A DNA stretch of 64,000 bases, taken from the NCBI GenBank assembly GCA_016748015.1, contig JAAOMT010000211.1, positions 254,933-318,932 on the forward strand, read 5' to 3'. Source of the DNA: Geosiphon pyriformis uo1 (taxonomy: Eukaryota > Fungi > Glomeromycota). Below the pieces are notes generated by a model. The model was not told the origin of the DNA and ran no database searches. It worked only from the letters and a program-made list of their open reading frames with translations. Numbering within the stretch: position 1 is the first letter of the stretch; every line of letters begins with the position of its first letter. The translations under genes were made by a program, and so were the position numbers. Below are positions 55,697 to 64,000 of this stretch, piece by piece.

Positions 55697-58600
55697 TGTT
55701 TCTCAAAATAAATTAAGATTAACTATTAGCTATATTATTAAATATAATGTCTTTTAACAAATTTTTATCAGTTTTAAAAACAAAAAAAAATATATTTTTA
55801 AATATATCTTTAACCAATTAACTTATTAGATTACTTAATTTTAAAAATTAGATTGATTAAATAAAAATTAAATTAACTTTTTTTTTATTTTTTAATAATA
55901 TTTTAAGTAATATTTAAGAAATTATTTCCAATTTTTAAAAAATTTTTAAGTAAATAGTTTTTATTTTAGTGTTTAATATTATTTTTAAGTTTTTATTGAT
56001 TTTTTGTTTTATTTATTGTCTAATTTTATTAGACTTAAATCAGTTTTAAAAGACAATATTAAGTTGTTTTGTGTGAATTTTATTTTTGAAATTTCTTAAT
56101 TACTATTACCAAAATTACTATTAATAATTTTTTGTTTTTAATTATACTAAAATTATAAAATTTGGGCTGTACTCGTAAAATATTAATAATAAAAAAAAGT
56201 TTTTTGTAGTGGTTTCTGTTTTTCTGTTTTTTTTTATTGTATTTTATAATATTTTTTTTAATATATTTTCTAATAATATTAAAAATGTCTTAAGTGTTTT
56301 TGATATTAATACTATAATTAAATTAAAGTTTGTAGATTTGTGACAATATATTATTATTTATTTTAAGAACTTTTTTTTTATTATTGTTACTTTTAATTAT
56401 AGATTTATACTAATTAAAAAACAGTATTTATACTTAAGCAAAAAGAAATTATTACTTAAAAAAATTCTTTTAAAGTCAAATTAATTAATTTTTTTTGGTT
56501 ATATAGTTTTTAAAATCAGTAATTTAATTTTTTAAGTTAATAATTATATATTTTTTATTCTTTGTTTTTTTAATTATTATTATTATTAATACTTTGTTAT
56601 TATAACTTTGGAATTTTTGAAAATTATAAATTTTGTTGTTTTAAAAATTAATACTTTGTATAAATATTATTGTTATTATAAATATTAAGATTTAAATTAT
56701 TTAATCATAGATTATAAAATATTTTTATGTTTTTTTTATGTTTTTTGTTAAGCTTACTAATAATTTTAAGATTTTTAATTTATCTTTTATTGATGTTAAA
56801 TTTTATGTTTAAGTTTTTCATTGTATTTTTAGTTGTTTTTGTTATTAATTTTTTAATTAATCCTAAATTAAATTCTTTGGAATTTCAAATCTCTAATTCG
56901 ATTGTATTAATTAAATTTGTTATTAAATTAATTAGTTTTTTGGTTACTTTGATTATTATTTTTTTGGTTAAAAATACATATAAAAATTTTAAAATAAAAA
57001 AAAATTTAGTTATTATTATAAATATTATTAAAAGTTTTATTAATTTTTTGGCTAGTTATTTAAAAACTTTTTTGGTTTTAAAGCTAAAATAAATTTCAGT
57101 TAAATAGATAAAAATAATTTAAATATTGTCAAAATATATTTTTTAAATAACATAATTATTAAATATTTAATTATACTATAATAAATAAGTAATTTTAAAT
57201 ATAGTATAAAAAACCAAATTATTTTTAAATAGGGTTGTTTTTTAAGTATATTTGTATTTAATAGTTAAAATTTGAATAATTTTATAAATAAACGTAATAA
57301 TATTATTTATTAATATTATAAATTTTAATATTTTTATTGAATAATTTTATTAAATAATAATATTAAATTAATAAATTTATAAAAAAATCAAACTATTATA
57401 TTAAAATTGTATTTAAATATTTAACTAATATGTTTTTATAAAATATTTATTATATAATTTTATTTTATTAAAATAAATTTATAGTAAAATTATTTATTTT
57501 ATAATATAAAACAAAAAAACTTTAAAAAATATATTTTTATATATATTTTTGATAAAACAAATAAAAAAACTAAAAAATTTGGTATTAAAATATTAATAAT
57601 AAATTTTTTTACTAATTTTTTGAATATAAAAATAATTAAGTTTAATAAAAATTTTAAGTTTGTGTTTTAAAATACTAAAATTAGTAATTATTATAATAAT
57701 ATTAATAAAAAATTAAATATTAAAAAATAGAAAAAGTTTATATTAAAAAAATTAATTTTATTATTAATAAAAATATATATATATTTAAGATTATGAATAA
57801 TACAACTTTTTAAAATATTTATACTTGTTTTTTTTATTAAAAAAGTTTATTAAACAACTTAATTTTAGTATTATAAATAATAATAAAGTTTTTTTTTTTT
57901 ATTTCTGCTTAAAAAATTAATAAGCTTTTTAAAAAAAATTAGGTTTAATTTTATAAAGTTTTATGTATTAAATATTAATCTGTTAATAATTAAAGAAAAA
58001 AAATTTTATAGAATTATTTATTTAATATTTTATTTTTGAATTGAATTTAAATAAAGCTAAAAAATTGGTTTTAAAAAAAAGTATTATTATAATAAATACT
58101 AATTTGAAACATATAAATATATATATATAAATTAAAAAAAATTATTAAAAAAATTATAAAAACAGTTTTTTTTTTTAAATAATAATAATTAAAATATAAT
58201 TTATTGATTTATAACAAAAACTATATTTGTTGAATTTGTTAATTATAAAATTGTTAAGTTAATAATATTTGGGTAATTTGTTTTAATTAAAAAAATTCAA
58301 TATTTATAATAAAAGTTAAAATTAATAAACAAATATAAATATTAAAAAATTATTATTAAACACTTTTTTTATATTTTATTAACAAATTATTACAGCTTAT
58401 AATTTTTTTAATACTTTAATAATTTATAAAAAAAAAGAGTATATAATTAATTAAGATATAATATTCAATACATAATTATTTATTTTAAAACCAAAAAATT
58501 TAAAAAAAGTTTTTTTAATTTAATTTCTGTTTTTAAAAGTATAAATTTATGTTAAATTGATTTAATTTCACTTTTATATATATTAAATATAAACAAAATA

Positions 58601-58900
58601 AATATATTGTTATAATATATAATTTTGTTAAACCAAATTAAAAAAGTTATTATACAAGTTATTAAACAATAATTAATAAATTTATATGTTAAAAAACATG
58701 TATTTATTGTTTATTTTATTTTTTTTAATAAAAAAAACTTAAACACAAATTATTAAAAATGGGTTTTTAATTTTTGTTTAATGTTTTATTTGGTATTAAT
58801 TTATTTATAAATGCTAAATTTTTTTTACTAATTTTAAAAAATATGAAATTTATATTTATTAATTTAAAATACAATTTTACTAATTTATAAAATAAGTTAT
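54000..58900. repeat. Extremely AT-rich decayed repeat block with (TAA)n tracts
   Basis: Very low G+C; taa runs at ~54018-54055 and ~55666-55696; no credible ORFs. Confidence 0.7.
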
Positions 58901-58929
58901 AAAACAAAAAACATAATAAAATATTCTAA

Positions 58930-59365
58930 TAATGTTTAAGAAATAGTGGACTTAATGCTATTCAATTTTTTGGTATAATTCATCATGATTTATACTCGAA
59001 TAACATTTTACAATATTAAAATATTTTAAGAATTGGAGATCTCATAAACCAACAACAGAATAGAAAAAAGAAATATTTGAAGTGATTTCATACGTTCCAC
59101 AAGAAGTTATAAGAGGAGAAATGTTTAAAATGGCTAATGAAATTTATAGTTTTGCCATATTATTATGGGAATTAAGCCTCCTTTTCATGATCATTCTCTC
59201 ATTATAAATATTTTTCTTAATGGTGCTAGACCTGAAATCATCTTTCTAATTATTGTTGAAATAATTGAAAAGTGTTGGAATGCTAATCCTAAGAGTCGTT
59301 CTAATGCCCAAGAAGTTGAAAAAAGGTTGGGTGCATTTCGAAATGAGGCAAAGTTTAAAACTTAA
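58930..59365 (+). pseudogene. Decayed C-lobe fragment of a TKL-type protein kinase
   Basis: GIIHHDLYSNNIL, KIGDL, YVPQEVIRGE, EIYSFAIL, GARPEI and EKCWNANPKSR, with frameshifts. Confidence 0.8.
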
Positions 59366-59620
59366 AGTTCTGAGATAAATACATAGAAAAAATGTATTTT
59401 TAAGACTTATTTATTTTACTTTTTTTTTTATTAGATGACTTTTAATTGATCTAATCGTGATTGCTCATCTTCATCTTCATATACTTGAGATGGCTTTTAT
59501 AATATTTCATTTTAATATGTTAAAAATATATACTTTTATTAATTTATTATGAAGACAATTCTTTTGATTATAAAAAATTTATTTTAAAAATTAAAAATAT
59601 TATAATGCTTTTATACTAGA

Positions 59621-59840
59621 TGTGGCTCATACTCTTGCTACAAGTGACCACCCACTTTTATAATAATTAATAAAAAATTCAGATTTATAATATTTATTTA
59701 TGTAAAATCAAAATTTAATTTTCTGATTAATTGATCAATTCCTATCTTAATAAATGAATGAGGCCCACCCACTACCTATTACAATACGGTAAAAACCATA
59801 CTAAAATATGCGGCTCATGCTTTTTCTACACGTGACCAAT
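59621..59840 (-). mobile_element. Two further LINE 3'-terminal fragments
   Basis: 28-nt motif copies at 59809-59836 and 59621-59648; the first is followed by the same second block (GGTGGGCCTCATTCATT) seen at ~44275-44292. Confidence 0.6.
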
Positions 59841-60470
59841 TTCATTTGTTCAAATAATAACAAAGATATGTTTTTATAACGGTTTTTTTTAATGCTTGAG
59901 TTTTTAAATAGTTTTTCAAAATTTTCCATGGGTTACTATTAATATTTAAAGTATTGAAATAAAAAAAATCATTAATTGAACACAATATTAATTAATTATT
60001 AAATCTATTAATAAATTTTTTTTTAAATTATTAATTGTAACAGTCGTAAAAACGATGATTTTTAAAACCATAATTATTATAAATATCAAAGCTGATTCTT
60101 TAATGGTCACAGATTTAAACATTATTATGTAAAAACTAATCCGAAATTTTTAATTTCTTAAATTAAAACTAAATTATGCATTCAAAGAATTTATTGAAAC
60201 CAGCAATCACCAATCACCAATCAAAGTGTAACTCAGCTTTTAAGTTTTCATTTAAAAATACCAATAAGATAATGACAAGCAGAGTTACGCCTTTGAGTTC
60301 TACCAGTTAAAACCATGTAAATGAGGGAATGAAGTAAGCGTCTATTTTCAGAACTTTCTAGCGTTTCAGATTTAGCCTTTTCGGGAATGTAATTATAGGT
60401 TGAAATCCTTATTTATTAGCAAGACGAACTCCTTAAAAATCCTTCTTTTACTCATCCAAAATATTAAAGT

Positions 60471-62235
60471 TTGATAATGCATTTGTGTTGCTTGGAAATA
60501 TTTTCTTCAAATTCATCCATTCAAAAGGAAACAGCATCTTTCGACTGGTTTGAAGGAGCATCCATAGTCATCAAAGAAAGTTTGGCCATTTTTCCAGCTA
60601 GTGAATATTCAAAAGTTGCTGACTTAGTTAAAAATTATCTTGTGCGCAATCAGAAAACTCCTGAAGACTTATTCAATTGCTTAAATAATAATAGTTCAAA
60701 GCGTTCGATAGACAATATTTTGCTTGGTTTTTGTTTAGAACATGGGATTGGAACTATTCCTAATTTAACAAAAGCATTTTTAGAATTTCAGAAAGCAGTG
60801 AACGCAGAAGATACTTTTGGACAATTTTTTTAAGGTTATTGTTATAATAATGGAATTGGTACTTCACAAGATCGAGGAAAAGCATTTGAACTCTATTCAA
60901 AAGCAACAGAGGCGGTTAATATAAATGCACTATCAAATCTTGCACTTTGTTATGATAATGGATGAGGAATAACGAAAAATGAGGAAAAAGCATTTGAACT
61001 CTATTCAAAAGCAGCAGAGGCGGGACATTTAAATGCACAATGCGATCTTGCAATTTTTTATGCTAATGGATGGGGAACAGCAAAAAATTCGGGAAAAGCA
61101 TTTGAATTCTACTCAAAAGCAGCAGAGGCAGGTAATACAAATGCACAATATAATCTTGCACTTTGCTATGCTAATGGATGGGGAACAACGAAAAATGAGG
61201 AAAAAGCATTTGAACTCTATTCAAAAGCAACAGAGGCGGGACATGTAAATGCACAATATAATCTTGGACTTTGTTATACCAATGGATGGGGAACAACGAA
61301 AAACGTGGAAAAAGCATTTGAACTCTATTCAAAAGCAGGAGAGGCGGGAGAGACTGAAGCACAATTTAATCTTGCAATTTGTTATGCTAATGAATTGGGA
61401 ACAACGAAAAATTTAGTAAAAGCATTTGAACTTTATTCAAAAGCAGCAGAGGCTGTAGATACAGAGCACAATATAATCTTGCACTTTGTTCTCAAAATGA
61501 ATGGGGAACAACGAAAAATGACGAAAAAGCATTTGAACTCTATTCAAAAGCATCAGAGCCGGGTAATATAAATGCACAATATAATCTTGCGCTTTGCTAT
61601 GCTAATGGATCGGGAACAACGAAAAATTTAGAAAAAGCATTTGAACTCTATTCAAAAGCAGCAGAGGCGGGAAATTTAAATGCACAATACAAACTTGCAA
61701 TTTTTTATGCTAATGGATGGGGAGCAGCAAAAAATGACGAAAAAGCATTTGAACTCTATTCAAAAGCATCAGAGGCGGGTAATATAAATGTACAATATAA
61801 TCTTGCACTTTGCTATGCTAATGGATCGGGAACAACGAAAAATTTAGAAAAAGCATTTAAACTCTATTCAAAAGCAGCAGAGGCAGGTAATACAAAGGCG
61901 CAATACAATCTTGTACTTTGTTATGAAAATAGATGGGGAACGATGAAAAATGAGGAAAAAGCGTTTGAATTCTATTCAAAAGCAAAAAAGGCGGGACATA
62001 CAAATGCACAATTGAATCATGGAAACTGCTATTTTAATGGAAGGGGAATAACGAAAAATCAGGAAAAAGTATTTGAACTTCAAAAGCAGCAAAAACGGGA
62101 AGTTTGATTGCACAGGTTAAGCTTAGAACATATTATCGAAATAGACAAGAAATAACAAAAGATCAGGAAAAAGTGGGAAGTCTGAGTCTACAAACCAGTA
62201 TCGGAATGCATTATCGAAATAGATGGGAAACAATG
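60471..62235 (+). pseudogene. SEL1-like repeat pseudogene, close paralogue of the 5' half of 38547-41355
   Basis: Near-identical N-terminal domain and about 11-12 tandem 108-bp repeats. Stops at 60831 and 60963, frameshifts near 61465 and later; similarity ends at ~62235 with no kinase domain. Confidence 0.88.
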
Positions 62236-62827
62236 AAATGTCATTGATAGATTAAAATGGTTTTCATTGCATATTTTTGAGATATTGAGAATTTAATTTA
62301 ATAATGAATAGAAAGAAAGACTTTCTAATTTTCTAAATGAAATTTGAAATCAGAATTAGGCATTCCGAATTTATTAGAAAATAACTCAATTTTTAATAAA
62401 TATTTTTAAAACAAGTTTATTTAATTCAAGAGTTAGTGCCTCGAAGCGGAAGTTATATTTTGATTGAAAACCCTCAATCACTTATTGGATATATATTAAC
62501 AGTATAATTTTTTATTTTATTGCCGAGTAAAAAACAAAAATACCCATTTAAAGTTTGCACTTTTTTTTAGCGGAGAAGCATAAGTATGCATTTAAAAATC
62601 AAATTTCTAAATGCCATTTAGCTAAAAAGTGTTTTATATTCTAGTCTGTTATCGAGATCGCCTTTTATTGAAACAATTTATATGTTCATAAGTTTTTTTG
62701 ATATTCTTTTGACTTTATTATGGGGTTTAAAATAGTAGGCTAGAAAATATTTTCCAGTAAAAATTTGTAAGATAGGGTCCACAACCTTCAGAAATGTATA
62801 ATTAAATTAATCAAATAAAACCGCATT

Positions 62828-64000
62828 TTATCTTTTCATAATTTGAAAAACTTCATACTCTTCGACAAAAAAAGCTACCCTTTGATTTTCTGATCCAGGC
62901 ATTATAACATGGTCATAAGCTTGTGTCTTTTGACAATGGCCTGGACTACTTTTAAAGTTATTGCCATACAAACAAATATCGCCATTTCCAAAGTAGGGTC
63001 CTTGATTTGACCCACCATAAGGTCCATATCCTGCAAAAAATTTGCTAAGTATAGCATTTCCAGCTTTGCCATCTCCAAGGGAAAAAATAAAACTTCCTTT
63101 TCCCTCCAACCATTTATTCATAGAGTGCCACGATTGTGGGTTATAGCCGCCAATTATCTGACCAGTTCCTTTCACTTTNNNNNNNNNNNNNNNNNNNNNN
63201 NNNNNNNNNNNNNNNNNCTACCCTTTGATTTTCTGATCCAGGCATTATAACATGGTCATAAGCTTGTGTCTTTTGACAATGGCCTGGACTACTTTTAAAG
63301 TTATTGCCATACAAACAAATATCGCCATTTCCAAAGTAGGGTCCTTGATTTGACCCACCATAAGGTCCATATCCTGCAAAAAATTTGCTAAGTATAGCAT
63401 TTCCAGCTTTGCCATCTCCAAGGGAAAAAATAAAACTTCCTTTTCCCTCCAACCATTTATTCATAGAGTGCCACGATTGTGGGTTATAGCCGCCAATTAT
63501 CTGACCAGTTCCTTTCACTTTGATTACGCTTATTGTTGCTCCTTTATCATCACATAATCGATGAAAATCGGCTGGAGTGAATCCATCTCGACTGCCTCGA
63601 AGTAACAATTGGAAATCATTTCGAAGTTGATTTTCAAAAGGAATATTTTCATCTTTGCCTTGAATCCAATGATCAAGCTGTTTTATATTATGCGATTGAA
63701 GAAGCTTTGAATCAATATTTGATCGTAACGGTTGAGCATCTACAGACTTTTGATGACTACCCGGTACGAGATAATGATGTAAAAGATCTTCATATAAAGT
63801 TCCAGGTAAGATTCTCGCAAATGGTTTTACTTTGTGATAAAAGTCAACTGAAGATATGTTAAAGAACCGGATTAAAGGTAAAAGTCTTTCAATGGATTCT
63901 TTAAAGGCGTGGAAGTTTTCATCTGTCCAGTAAAGAACGTTCTTCATCTGAATATTGTTATCCAATTTAGCAACTCCCCATTCCACAATTTTTTCCCAGA
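62828..64000 (-). CDS. 3' part of a BACK/TLDc (probably BTB-BACK-TLDc) protein; runs off the window
   Basis: LPLIRFFNISSVDFYHKV, FQLLLRGSRDGF, FHRLCDDKGATI, IIGGYNP, SFIFS, GPYFG and VEEYEVFQI. Confidence 0.88.
63179..63217. other. Assembly gap (39 N) flanked by an apparently identical ~304-bp duplication
   Basis: 62875-63178 is repeated at 63218-63521. Confidence 0.95.

Noticed and set aside
56727-57092. Hydrophobic 121-aa ORF (and similar ORFs such as 36410-36625)
   Set aside because: F/L/I/K/N-only composition expected from AT-rich decayed DNA; no motifs.
60830-62100. Regular 108-bp repeats that could be mistaken for a CRISPR-like array
   Set aside because: They encode 36-aa SEL1 repeats, and there are no unique spacers.
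62875-63521. Apparent tandem duplication of the TLDc domain
   Set aside because: Two apparently identical 304-bp copies directly flank a 39-N gap, the signature of an unmerged contig overlap.

Overview
Eukaryotic, intron-rich fungal DNA. Islands of housekeeping genes alternate with extremely AT-rich blocks of decayed transposons. The organism is most likely a Glomeromycotina fungus (inference), given SEL1-repeat/TKL-kinase and TLDc families, an RNase H-bearing LINE family resembling Geosiphon pyriformis repeats, and minor-spliceosome features. Recognisable genes: NDP-glucose 4,6-dehydratase, RPB3, a C2H2 factor, HEN1, TMEM258, an RSL1D1/Cic1-like protein, RNPC3 (U11/U12-65K), a NIPA-type transporter, a MED30-like protein, monoglyceride lipase, a PMP34-type peroxisomal carrier, Swc5/CFDP1, ATG13 and a TLDc gene. 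There are also three SEL1 copies at different stages of decay. Best leads: (1) a TGA-CTA readthrough context on the NIPA gene followed by an in-frame 83-codon extension with an acidic dileucine motif; (2) two U12-type introns (TMEM258, RPB3) near RNPC3; (3) a LINE 3' hairpin with a compensatory base pair about 55 nt upstream of the HEN1 ATG; (4) an orphan spliced locus at 8.5-9.2 kb with a TGA in a UxxC-like context; (5) a G:C-to-A:T hypermutation signature that spares ApC. Exon boundaries were read by eye, and family calls come from recalled motifs, not database searches.
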